Below are positions 26,031 through 38,911 of a DNA stretch of 64,000 bases, one piece after another (position 1 is the first letter of the stretch; every line of letters begins with the position of its first letter). The DNA lies in the NCBI RefSeq assembly GCF_902652985.1, contig NC_047025.1, forward strand, positions 40,300,001 through 40,364,000, in the 5' to 3' direction. The DNA is from Pecten maximus (taxonomy: Eukaryota). The notes beneath the pieces are model-generated. The model worked only from the letters and a program-made list of their open reading frames with translations. It searched no databases and was not told the DNA's origin. The translations under genes were made by a program, and so were the position numbers.

Positions 26031-26631
26031 TTGATAAATTGACAATGTTCATGATTGATGAGTGAGGACATTTACAGGGTACACACAGCTCCAGACAGGA
26101 ATGTAGGGACTGATAACCACTTTTATTTCTTATTGAGACACAACAAATAATCATCATGATATCAAAGTTTTTATTTCAACAATTCACACATACAGACACA
26201 ATTTTACAAATTCTCATACACTGATCACTCACACCTGGGTTCTATACATGTACTGGGATGATACTGATTGATTTAGAAATAAGAGATCTTACAGGCACCT
26301 TTCTTTCAACTTAGTTTGCCCATCACTGTAATATTGATTCCAAATAAGATAACAGCCCTCAATCTACCAGTAAAACTGGTATAAAGAGATAATAGAAGAT
26401 CTTGCCTGTGCAAGAAATCAGAAGTTTCTTTTTTATTCTTCATTTCCTTGTCTTAAATGAGTGCAAACCAAATAGCAAGCAGTTGTTCTGTAGTCGATTT
26501 TGCTATATATACAATGTATATATATATATATATATATGCCTCTATGTAGCTTCACTAACAGATACTGTTAGATACATACAAATATTCACTAACATCAGTA
26601 CACATGATGGTAGATCTCAAAACAATTTTAT

Positions 26632-29600
26632 CTATGTTTCATCCTCAAAAGTTACTGATGGAGATGAAAATTTGAAAAGTTCATCGTCAAAATACTCCTC
26701 TTCTAATTCCTCTGATGCATCCTCGTTATAGAAAGTGGGCATGGGAGGACCCTCCCCAGGTTCTCGCCGCTTCTTCCTTAGAGTTGTGTCATAGATCCTG
26801 GTGTAGCAGTGGTTCGGACCTGGTAGTTGTCCCTTCAGGTAAAGGATGTTGTACTTGGTATTGACTCTCAGAACCTGTTACAGACACAGACAAATTAATA
26901 TTCTGTGACAGATAATACACAGGGTCAGTTCACTACATCACAATGTCACTAGACGGGCAGGTGACATCTACAACAAATGTCACATCACATGTCCAATGTC
27001 ATCTACAACAAATGTCACATCACAGGTCCAGTGTCATCTACATCACAATGTCACACCACAGGTCCAGTGTCACCCGCAACAAATGTCACACCACAGGTCC
27101 AGTGTCATCTACAACAAATGTCACACCACAGGTCCAGTGTCATCTACAACAAATGTCACATCACAGGTCCAGTGTCATCTACATCAAATGTCACACCACA
27201 GGTCCAGTGTCATCTACAACAAATGTCACACCACAGGGTCAGTGTCATCTACAACAAATGTCACATCACAGGGTCAGTGTCATCTACAACAAATGTCACA
27301 CCATAGGTCAATGTCATCTACATCACAATGTCACACCATATGTCCAGTGTCATCTACAACAAATGTCACATCACATGTCCAGTGTCATCTACAACAAATG
27401 TCACACCATAGGTCAATGTCATCTACATCACAATGTCACAACACAGGTCCAGTGTCATCTACATCACAATGTCACACCACAGGTCCAGTGTCATCTACAT
27501 CATAATGTCACATCACATGTCCAGTGTCATCTACAACAAATGTCACACCACAGGTCCAGTGTCATCTACATCACAATGTCACACCACAGGTCCAGTGTCA
27601 TCTACAACAAATGTCACATCACAGGTCCAGTGTCATCTACAACAAATGTCACATCACAGGTCCAGTGTCATCTACAACAAATGTCACATCACAGGGTCAG
27701 TGTCATCTACATCACAATGTCACACCACAGGTCCAGTGTCATCTACAACAAATGTCAGATCACAGGTCCAGTGTCATCTACATCACAATGTCACATCACA
27801 GGTCCAGTGTCATCTACAACAAATGTCACACCACAGGTCCAGTGTCATCTACACAAATGTCACACCACAGGTCCAGTGTCACCCACAACAAATGTCACAT
27901 CACAGGTCCAGTGTCATCTACAACAAATGTCACACCACAGGTCCAGTGTCATCTACATCACAATGTCACATCACAGGTCCAGTGTCATCTACAACAAATG
28001 TCACATCACAGGTCCAGTGTCATCTACATCACAATGTCACATCACAGGTCCAGTGTCATCTACAACAAATGTCACACCACAGGTCCAATGTCATCTACAA
28101 CAAATGTCACACCACAGGTCCAGTGTCATCTACAACAAATGTCACATCACAGGTCAAGTGTCATCTACATCACAATGTCACACCACAGGTCCAGTGTCAT
28201 CTACATCACAATGTCACACCACAGGTCCTGTGTCATCTACAACAAATGTCACATCATAGGTCCAGTGTCATCTACATCACAATGTCACACCACAGGTCCA
28301 GTGTCATCTACAACAAATGTCACATCACAGGTCCAGTGTCATCCACAATAAATGTCACACCATGGATCCAGTGTCACCCACAACACAATGTCACACCAGG
28401 GGTCCAGTGTCATTTACATCACAATGTCACACCATAGGTCCAGTGTTAACCATAGTCACAACACAGGTAAACAATCTACAGGGACAGATATTAGTCCTTA
28501 CCTAGTACAGGTAAACAATGGACAGGGACAGATATTAGTCCTTACCTAGTACAGGTAAACAATCGACAGGGACAGATATTAGTCCTTACCTAGTACAGGT
28601 AAACAATCTACAGGGACAGATATTAGTCCTTACCTAGTACAGGTAGACAATGGACAGGGACAGATATTAGTCCTTACCTAGTACAGGTAAACAACGACAG
28701 GGACAGATATTAGTCCTTACCTAGTACAGGTAAACAATGGACAGGGACAGATTTTAGTCCATACCTAGTACAGGTAAACAACCGACAGGGACAGATATTA
28801 GTCCTTACCTAGTACAGGTAGACAACGGACAGGGACAGATATTAGTCCTTACCTAGTACAGGTAAACAACTGACAGATATTAGTCCTTACCTAGTACAGG
28901 TAAACAATCGACAGGGACAGATATTAGTCCTTACCTAGTACAGGTAAACAACTGACAGATATTAGTCCTTACCTAGTACAGGTAAACAATCGACAGGGAC
29001 AGATATTAGTCCTTACCTAGTACAGGTAAACAATCGACAGGGACAGATATTAGTCCTTACCTAGTACAGGTAAACAATGGACAGGGACAGATTTTAGTCC
29101 TTACCTAGTACAGGTAAACAATCTACAGGGACAGATATTAGTCCTTACCTAGTACAGGTAAACAATACACAGGGACAGATATTAGTCCTTACCTAGTACA
29201 GGTAAACAATACACAGGGACAGATATTAGTCCTTACCTAGTACAGGTAAACAATCGACAGGGACAGATATTAGTCCTTACCTAGTACAGGTAGACAACGG
29301 ACAGGGACAGATATTAGTCCTTACCTAGTACAGGTAAACAACTGACGGAGACAGACATTAGTCCTTACCTAGTACAGGTAGACAACGGACAGGGACAGAT
29401 ATTAGTCCTTACCTAGTACAGGTAAACAACTGACAGATATTAGTCCTTACCTAGTACAGGTAAACAATCGACAGGGACAGATATTAGTCCTTACCTAGTA
29501 CAGGTAAACAACTGACAGATATTAGTCCTTACCTAGTACAGGTAAACAATCGACAGGGACAGATATTAGTCCTTACCTAGTACAGGTAAACAATGGACAG

Positions 29601-32600
29601 GGACAGATTTTAGTCCTTACCTAGTACAGGTAAACAATCTACAGGGACAGATATTAGTCCTTACCTAGTACAGGTAGACAACGGACAGGGACAGATATTA
29701 GTTCTTACCTAGTACAGGTAAACAACTGACAGATATTAGTCCTTACCTAGTACATGTAAACAATCGACAGGGACAGATATTAGTCCTTACCTAGTACAGG
29801 TAAACAACTGACAGATATTAGTCCTTACCTAGTACAGGTAAACAATCGACAGGGACAGATATTAGTCCTTACCTAGTACAGGTAAACAATCGACAGGGAC
29901 AGATATTAGTCCTTACCTAGTACAGGTAAACAATCGACAGGGACAGATATTAGTCCTTACCTAGTACAGGTAAACAATGGACAGGGACAGATATTAGTCC
30001 TTACCTAGTACAGGTAAACAATCTACAGGGACAGATATTAGTCCTTACCTAGTACAGGTAAACAATCTACAGGGACAGATATTAGTCCTTACCTAGTACA
30101 GGTAAACGATCCACAGGGACAGATATTAGTCCTTACCTAGTACAGGTAAACAATCGACAGGGACAGATATTAGTCCTTACCTAGTACAGGTAAACAACTG
30201 ACAGAGACAGATATTAGTCCTTACCTAGTACAGGTAAACAATCTACAGAGACAGATATTAGTCCTTACCTTGTACAGGTAAACAATTTACAGGGACAGAT
30301 ATTAGTCCTTACCTAGTACAGGTAAACAACTGACAGAGACAGATATTAGTCCTTACCTAGTACAGGTAAACAACTGACAGGGACAGATATTAGTCCTTAC
30401 CTAGTACAGGTAAACAATCTACAGAGACAGATATTAGTCCTTACCTAGTACAGGTAAACAACGACAGGGACAGATATTAGTCCTTACCTAGTACAGGTAA
30501 ACAATCGACAGGGACAGATATTAGTCCTTACCTAGTACAGGTAAACAACTGACAGAGACAGATATTAGTCCTTACCTAGTACAGGTAAACAACTGACAGG
30601 GACAGATATTAGTCCTTACCTAGTACAGGTAAACAATCTACAGGGGCAGATATTAGTCCTTACCTAGTACAGGTAAACAATCGACAGGGACAGATATTAG
30701 TCCTTACCTAGTACAGGTAAACGATCCACAGGGACAGATATTAGTCCTTACCTAGTACAGGTAAACAATCGACAGGGACAGATATTAGTCCTTACCTAGT
30801 ACAGGTAAACAATCGACAGGGACAGATATTAGTCCTTACCTAGTACAGGTAAACAATCGACAGGGGCAGATATTAGTCCTTACCTAGTACAGGTAAACAA
30901 TCGACAGGGACAGATATTAGTCCTTACCTAGTACAGGTAAACAATCTACAGGGACAGATATCCCCTACTGTATATCAGTGTTTACCGTAAATCACATACC
31001 TTTTTCCCCTTCTGTATATCAGTGTTTACTGTAAATGACATACCTTTATTCGCTTCTGTATATCAATGTTTACCGTAAATCACATACCTTTATCCCCTTC
31101 TGTATATTCCAGTCCATACCCATGTGTCCTGGCAGTTTTTTGCCTGGCATAACTCGTGAATGTCCCTGTAGGTAATATAGACTCCGTAAACATGGATTTA
31201 TGTCTGTGTTTACTGGTACAGAACATTAACTTTATATACACAGAAACCAAGGTAGCATATACATCTGTACAGTCAAACAATCAAGCATTCAGGTTCCAGT
31301 TTGCCTGAGATTTTTTAACCATCTACATGTATTTACCAAATATTACCATTAGATTATCTATTAACAGCTTTGTAAGACCAGGGCTTTTTCTCATTGATTT
31401 GGGAAGGGACCTTTTTGTCTCATTTTGGGAAGAAAATTGATGAATTGGGAAAGATTTTTTCAGGAGAAAACTACAAATTTTGGGAATTTGGCTTAAATAT
31501 GAAATAATTTCAATTGGGAATGGGGCCCATTAACGGCCCCAAAAAGCCCCCAGAAAAAGCCCTGAAGACCACACAAAAATTCCCAAAACTGTCTTAAAAA
31601 CACAGCAAAATTTACCAATTTTGTGTCTCCAAAAATTATTTCCCGTACTTTTTGGTTGATTTTTTCAAGTACATGATGAGGGCCTGCATCGATCACCTGG
31701 ATATTTCAGTAATTATGTCAAAATACTTTATTTAAGTTATTTCAAATATTTTCCTACTTTCTTTTGAACTTTTATCTTCCAACAATAGTCCAAAACACAG
31801 TGGAACCAAATCCTGTCATTCGTGAAAAAGGATTTTAAAGTTGAATTTTTTTGGCTATATTTCCCTTATCAGGCCCTTTCCTCCTCCCCCATGAGTTCCA
31901 CTTACTTTGTTTTTACAACATTAAATCTCATTTGGCCAATAATGCTCCCGACCAAATTTCATTAAAAGTAATTCAGTTGTTCCGGACTATAAGGGATTTA
32001 AATGATTTTCCTCTATTTTCCCTAAGGCCCAAAGCTCCTCCCATCCCAAGGGAGCCACACCCTCCGTTTATACATAAGATCTCCTTTGCCCATTTATGCT
32101 CCTGACCAAATTTCATCAAAATTCATTCCATCATTCAGGACTAGTAGGGATTTAAAGGATTTACCTCAATTTCCCCTATTTGACCCTGCCCCTTTGGCCC
32201 CAATGGAGCCACCTCCTCTGTTTATATAACACTAGATCTACTTTGCCCACTTATGCTCCAGATCAAATTTCATCAAAATTCATTCGATCGTTCAGAACTA
32301 GTAGGGATTTAAAGGATTTACCTCAGTTTCCCCTATAAGGTCCTGCCCTTTGGTCCCAGGGGAGCCACATCATCTGTTGATACAACATTAGATCTCCTTT
32401 GCTATTTAATGCTACAGACAAAATTTTATCAAAATCCATTTAGGTAGGGATTTAAATCATTTACCTTGATTTCCCCTATTGGGCACTGACCCTCTGGCCC
32501 AAGGAGAGCCACACCCTCCGTTTATACAAAATTAGATCTCTTTTGCCCAATAATGCTCCAGACATTTAAGCGTTCAGGACTAGTAGGGATTTAAAGGAAA

Positions 32601-35600
32601 TGTTGATGGACAGCGGACGGATGCTGGACGGATGCTGGACGGACGCCACACCGTGGCATAAACTCACTGGTTCTTTGGACCAGGTGAGCTAAAGACATTA
32701 ATGTCGCTCAGCTTCCTGAAAGCTGTCACAACCAAAAATATATGGATCATTGGCATACTTTTTATTAAAGATAAATAGATAAGCATTTGTCTTCTTTAAA
32801 TCTTAAGCTGCCCTATGTCCTAAGTCATCAAAGTAACTTACCTGTTGTCCAATAGACCCAGTTCGTCGCATAGTCTTTGTGTTGCCATGGGTTTTCCTAC
32901 CCCCAGTAAACCCCCATCGTTTGATCACACCTTGGAAACCATGACCGATACTGAAAAAAGTAAAGTGACAAGTTTACGTACAAATTCCCTGCAAAAGTAC
33001 ATCACTGACTTACCCGTCTTATCACTAACCACCTGTTATGTCCCTTATCGCCCCCTTTTATCACTTACCTCCCCTGTTATATCACTTACCTCCCCTGTTA
33101 TATCACTTACCTCCCCTGTTATATCACTAACCTCCCCTGTTATATCACTTACCTCCCCTGTTATATCACTTATCTCCCCTGTTATATCACTTACCTCCCC
33201 TGTTATATCACTAACCTCCCCTGTTATATCACTTACCTCCCCTGTTATATCACTTACCTCCCTTGTTATATCACTTACCTTCCTTGTTATATCACTTACC
33301 TCCCCTGTTATATCACTTACCTCCCCTGTTATATCACTTACCTCCCCTGTTATATCACTTACCTCCCTTGTTATATCACTTACCTCCCCTGTTATATCAC
33401 TTACCTCCCCTGTTATATCACTAACCTCCCCTGTTATATCACTAACCTCCCCTGTTATATCACTTACCTCCCCTGTTATATCACTAACCTCCCCTGTTAT
33501 AACACTTACCTCCCCTGTTATATCACTTACCTCCCCTGTTATATCACTTACCTCCCCTGTTATATCACTTATCTCCCCTGTTATATCACTTATCTCCCCT
33601 GTTATATCACTTATCTCCCCTGTTATAACACTTACCTCCCTTGTTATATCACTTACCTCCCCTGTTATATCACTTACCTCCCCTGTTATATCACTTACCT
33701 CCCCTGTTATATCACTTATCTCCCCTGTTATATCACCTACCTCCCCTGTTATATCACTTACCTCCCCTGTTATATCACTTATCTCCCCTGTTATTTCACT
33801 TATCTCCCTTGTTATATTGCTTATCTCCCCTGTTATATCACTAACCTCCCCTGTTATAACACTTACCTCCCCTGTTATAACACTAACCTCCCCTGTTATA
33901 TCACTTATCTCCCCTGTTATTTCACTTATCTCCCTTGTTATATCACTTATCTCCCCTGTTATATCACTTACCTCCCCTGTTATATCACTTATCTCCCCTG
34001 TTATATCATCACTTACCTCCCCTGTTATATCACTTACCTCCTCTGTTATATCACTTACCTCCCTTGTTATATTGCTTATCTCCCCTGTTATATCACTTAT
34101 CTCCCTTGTTATATCACTTACCTCCCTTGTTATAACTTACCTCCCCTGTTATATCACTTATCTCTCCTGTTATAACACTTACCTCCCCTGTTATAACACT
34201 TACCTCCCCTGTTATATCACTTATCTCCCCTGTTATATCATCACTTACCTCCCCTGTTATATCACTTACCTCCCCTGTTATATCACTTACCTCCCTTGTT
34301 ATATTGCTTATCTCCCCTGTTATATCACTTATCTCCCTTGTTATATCACTTACCTCCCTTGTTATAACTTACCTCCCCTGTTATATCACTTATTTCTCCT
34401 GTTATAACACTTACCTCCCCTGTTATATCACTAACCTCCCCTGTTATAACACTTACCTCCCCTGTAATATCACCTATCTCCCCTGTTATATCACTTACCT
34501 CCCCTGTTATAACACTTATCTCCCCTGTTATAACACTTATCTCCCCTGTTATATCACTTACCTCCCGTTATATCACTTATCTCCCTTGTTACATTAAATT
34601 AAAATATCTACTGGCAGTGATTAATACTGTATTCTATTTTAGGTTATACGCATTATGAATGCCAACTGCATAACAGGAAAACAGTCCTTTACTATATACG
34701 AAAAAATAATAACAGAAAACTGAATAAAAACATATCTCAAAGATCTTTCAGGAATGTTGAATTGGCAGAACAGTCCATAGTACATGCTCACTTTTCGTGA
34801 AAACGTTCCATGTACTTTCTTCAGGAACAGAGACTTTGAAATACAATCAGATAACACCTTGTCTTCTTTTGCAATGAATTTGTTTAAAAGTGCTTTAACA
34901 CTGGGAATAATGGTCCTTATTATAAATAGCATTGTTTGTTTATTGTGTCATACTGTAGAGGCATGTCCATTGAATTTGAAAACTGATTAATTAATGCTGT
35001 CAGAAATAGGTCAGGGTTGTTTGTTGTAGAAACGGCTGCAATATAATGTGATGCTTGAGAAACCGAATGCATGCATGCTGTTGTTGGTCAACAACACTGT
35101 AAAGTATTTACATCGTCTTTCTCCAGTACATGTATGTTGTGACAATGTCTACATTATTTCAGACGATAGACATACTGAAACGATACTGCTCATTCTGATA
35201 GTCAAGAGAGCCCTACATAGCAGACAGTGAGTGAACAAAATCTTGTGCCTCTGTTGACGAAAATTTCTTGTGTAATATTCAAACAGATTTATTCAATTCT
35301 GTCCAAAAAACTGATACAATAAGGTTATTTATCAGCAATAAATAAAGCATTTACATCCATCTCAGGTTTGATTCATACTCATTTCAGTTCCTAGTCCTAC
35401 AACTGGAAAGAATTTACTACATTCATATAAACAGTGACAGTGGAAATCATTGGTAGATTATCACTTACGTCTTGGCTTGTACGTCCACATAGTCTCCCAC
35501 TCGGAAGTGCATTACAGATAATGGGGTGCCTGGAAACACAAAGTTTGATAAACAGTCATTGGTGTCTTATTTCATCGAGTATTAAATCACCAACTTATCC

Positions 35601-38600
35601 TAGAATATCCGACAAGATTTCCATGATCAGTAAGGAAGAAGGAAAAATTAAATGATTCAGTTCCTAACAAAGGTAGAAGTGATTTTTTGACTTTAGAAAT
35701 TCATTTGAATAATAAAGGGAATGTAGCAAGAGCTGATGTTTATATCTATGTTAACATCTGGTGAGGTGAGTATGTGAAAAATTTCATATGAGGCAGAAAT
35801 GGATACAAAACACCAATGATTTTCTACATGCTTTTTATCATTCTTATTGATTTAAAAAGTGAGAAAATCAACACAGATCATAAATATCAGCATCAAACGA
35901 ATCATGACTACCACAGTGGTAGTGTTGAGTTCATTAAACTGACTGTCAGTAATGACATCATCAGGTGTAACTTACCTGACTGTCAGTAATGACATCACCA
36001 GGTGTAACTTACCTGGCTGTCAGTAATGACATCACCAGGTGTAACTTACCTGGCTGTATTGCTGCATTTGGTGTAACTAAGAATCGTGTTAGTTTCCGCT
36101 TAGGTGGTACACCTGCTTCCAAAAATAGGTTGTTGTATTCTTTTCTGAACTGAAATAAGATGATAATAATACATGCACATCAGATGAGATATCCAGGAAA
36201 ACTAAATTAGTCAATTAATGTTTGATTTCTCATTGTCCTAAGTTAAAACCAATGTCTGGTTCAGCTATTGATCAAATTGGTTTCCATGGTTACAAGGTAT
36301 TTATATGATTCCTTGTTAGCTGTGTAAGTTACTCACTTGATGGGGATATGAGCTGAGAGCTCCGACAACAACCGATCCAAATCTGTTCCAGTATGGAGTA
36401 CTTCCTATGGATGTACTGAATTCTTCTGGTGGTATATATCGTATCACATGATTGTCAATTATCTACAAAGCAAAAACATTCCTCATTCAGCAATTTTTAC
36501 TTATTTTTTTCTCATTGAAGTTTCACTTTCTAAGAAGAGCTGCAGTAATTAAAGCAAAACATAGTTAACAGGGAAAAAAATGGAAAGTGAACCCTATAAC
36601 CCTATATAGCAGACACTGACCAATATATATATATTATGCAACAATATATGGTCAGGAACACGCTGTTAAGTATGATCAAAAGAGACAATAGTTGTTAAAG
36701 TTTCAAATAATAGACTTATCTGATAATTAACAAGATTGATGAAAATATATCTTTAGTAACAGTGGCCCCAATTTTGATCCCATGCATGTGAAACATGAAC
36801 TTGTACAAGAGATGACGGCTGTAAGTGTATAAAGTCTCAGGGCAATCAGGTAATTAAAGAGGTCCGTTAGACTTCAATAATGTATTTATAGATGACCTCA
36901 TTTTGTATCCTAGGTGGTTGAAATGCCAGCTCATATACCATGAAAAAGAGTCCCTTAGCTATTAGAGGATTACAGTGATGTTAGAGGATTACACAGTGAT
37001 TTTAGAGGATTACACAGTGAGAAATCGAGGCCTTGATACCTCTAACTTCCCATGTCAGATTCAGACTTTGTAGTCTGTCTGAAATTAAAAACAAAAACTA
37101 TTGATATTAACCAATATATCCTTCCACCCAGATCACAGTGTGTAAATAATCAGATCAGAGACCTTTGATGCCTTAGCATGCTGTGCAAAGTAACCACAAT
37201 TAATATCTCATGACCCTAGTTTCATTAAGTTTCACATTATGATTCTGAAACTAGATAATCTCTAGAAGATTTTGTGCAGAAACAGTTCAGAAAAAAAAAT
37301 ATATATAGACAGGAAAATGTCTTATGCGTCAGATGAGCTAATATACGTCTTACATGTGAGTTCAAAGTTATGATAAACAACTGACCTGGTACAATGTCAC
37401 ATCCATTTTCTCGCCATTTTTCTTCCACTGTGCCATACCTCCAATCTTTAAAGCTAAAACACCTGTTCTCCGTGTACTAGAAAAAAAAATCATATAATTG
37501 GTTCTGTTTATCGAAAGACATAATATGCAAATTCATTTAACAGGCCTGTTAATTAATTATTTATACAGTTTGAAGGTCATGCTTTTTAATAGGCAAACTA
37601 CAGTCTCAATCTCATAAGACTTATTTTTTTTAAAATAATTTTAACAAATCATATAGATTATATTATGAGTACTGTGCCTTACGTTTTGTTCCATTCTCCT
37701 CTTGGCCAGATGTCTTCCTTGAGAGGACTTGGAACATTCTTAAACTTGTTTTCGGCTAGTTCCTTGAGGAACTCTCTGTTCTCCCATGTCAGCTGTTCAG
37801 GTGATACATTTGTTTTCTTCTTGACGTGCCAACCTGGTGGGGCACTGGTACGTTTCCTCTCCCGAACTGGTTGGTAACAGGTCAGTATCCTATTGTAAAA
37901 TAAACAATAGATACTTGACCACATTTTTCACTTAAAAAACTTACAAAAGAGAAGTACAATTGTAACAACACAAAAGATTTTATAATGCCATTCAGTTTTG
38001 TTTCCAATGCTAATTCCTAGGCAGCTCTGCAATTCCTAGGCAGCTCTGCAAGCCAAGTGCAAAGTTTCAAGGAAAATGTGTTCTTTTCTGTCAATGAGCA
38101 TGGACGTAAGTTGGCAACGGACACTAAACCACTGTATACTGTATATGTCGGTAGGGTTTGGCATCTGAGAAAATTGACAAAGTGCAAGATATAAAGGCTT
38201 GCGGTTCATTTTTTTTAAAAACATTTCTTTTCAGATCTCAAAGAACTACTGACCAAAGCAAAACTTTTTTTCTTCATATGAAGTCTTAAAAAAAAATAAC
38301 ATTACTCTTGTTATGCCCGCTGAAGTATAAATTATAAAGTTCGCAGCAAGTTTTATGTGTCTATCTTGCGCGCATGCAATGTCATCCGGAAAATGTTGTT
38401 TTCGTCAGTTTGGTATAGCAATAAATAGCTATTATAGCGACTTATACCTGTACTAGCGATACATTATCATATGCCCGACCTGAAGGGCACTTGTCACATT
38501 GAAGCTAGAGAACGAGCGATTACATTTGTAAATGCGGAAACATGCTAAATAACTATATTTAACGATGCGTTGATCCAGTTGATACATTACCTGGATGTTG

Positions 38601-38688
38601 CCAGGACATCTTTAAACAAAATACTTTGAAAAACACAATTTGATGCAGTCGCGAGCACCTGTCCGGCTTTTGCCATGGGGGCCGCCAT
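26632..38688 (-). CDS. MRPL3: Mitochondrial large-subunit ribosomal protein uL3m, 370 aa, 9 exons
   Basis: Exons 38688-38591, 37889-37683, 37476-37386, 36462-36337, 36149-36050, 35529-35469, 32950-32842, 31165-31088, 26874-26632; total 1113 nt. Motifs [69 protein letters not shown] on the minus strand at 26175 and 26127. Confidence 0.95.
26920..28460. repeat. 35/36-bp minisatellite, ~43 copies, MRPL3 intron 8 (acceptor side)
   Basis: aaatgtcacaccacaggtccagtgtcatctacaac. Confidence 0.95.
28463..30960. repeat. 44-bp minisatellite, ~57 copies, MRPL3 intron 8
   Basis: gtaaacaatcgacagggacagatattagtccttacctagtacag; contains TAG|GTAAGG on the transcribed strand. Confidence 0.95.
30961..31107 (-). 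repeat. 44-bp tandem duplication, ~3.3 copies, of the MRPL3 exon 8 donor junction
   Basis: atatacagaaggggataaag|GTATGTgatttacggtaaacattg. Confidence 0.9.
31379..31564. mobile_element. 186-bp MITE with CAGGG termini and 5-bp TSD (hAT5-like)
   Basis: aagac|CAGGGCTTTTTCT ... AGAAAAAGCCCTG|aagac. Confidence 0.75.
31780..32693 (-). mobile_element. HINE/DINE-1-like element with ~150-bp internal tandem cores
   Basis: Minus-strand start tttagctcacctggtccaaagaaccagtgag, then a cgtccgtcc microsatellite and repeated aaatttcatcaaaattc/gggatttaaag cores. Confidence 0.7.
33000..34595. repeat. 21-bp minisatellite, ~75 copies, MRPL3 intron 6
   Basis: tcacttacctcccctgttata; transcribed strand reads tataacaggggagGTAAGTga. 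Confidence 0.95.
35939..36058 (-). repeat. 37-bp tandem triplication of the MRPL3 exon 5 donor junction
   Basis: acagccag|GTAAGTtacacctggtgatgtcattactg; donors at 36049 (authentic), 36012 and 35975. Confidence 0.92.
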
Positions 38689-38911
38689 TGGTATACGGTA
38701 CCGCTTACACCAAAACAAAAATGAATCAAGATATCTTAATCGATAAAAAGCATCGAGAGTATGATAATGTTTTTCATTACGATCATTAATTTACCTTATA
38801 TTAGTTCTATGTATAGAGATATATATTCTTTGATAAAAAATACATTCCAAGTGTATTTATTTTCTGTGTACATAAGCGACAAAAGCATGGGCGACACCAG
38901 AGGCTGACAAA
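38689..38911. promoter_or_regulatory. Compact bidirectional promoter shared by MRPL3 and URI1
   Basis: Divergent ATGs about 200-220 bp apart; DRE-like ATCGATA at ~38739. Confidence 0.7.

Noticed and set aside
22546-26157. ORFs of 799, 694, 474 and 422 aa
   Set aside because: Translations of a 35-bp repeat cycling through all frames; no unique domain or gene structure.
28463-30960. CRISPR-like regular repeats
   Set aside because: No unique spacers, no cas genes, eukaryotic intron context; the same applies to all arrays here.
26943-34597. Mucin-like ORFs of 438, 334 and 520 aa
   Set aside because: Intronic minisatellites read antisense to MRPL3.
31088-37476. Apparent frameshifts in MRPL3 exons 3, 7 and 8 at homopolymer runs
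   Set aside because: Recounting the runs gives an intact frame (total 1113 nt).
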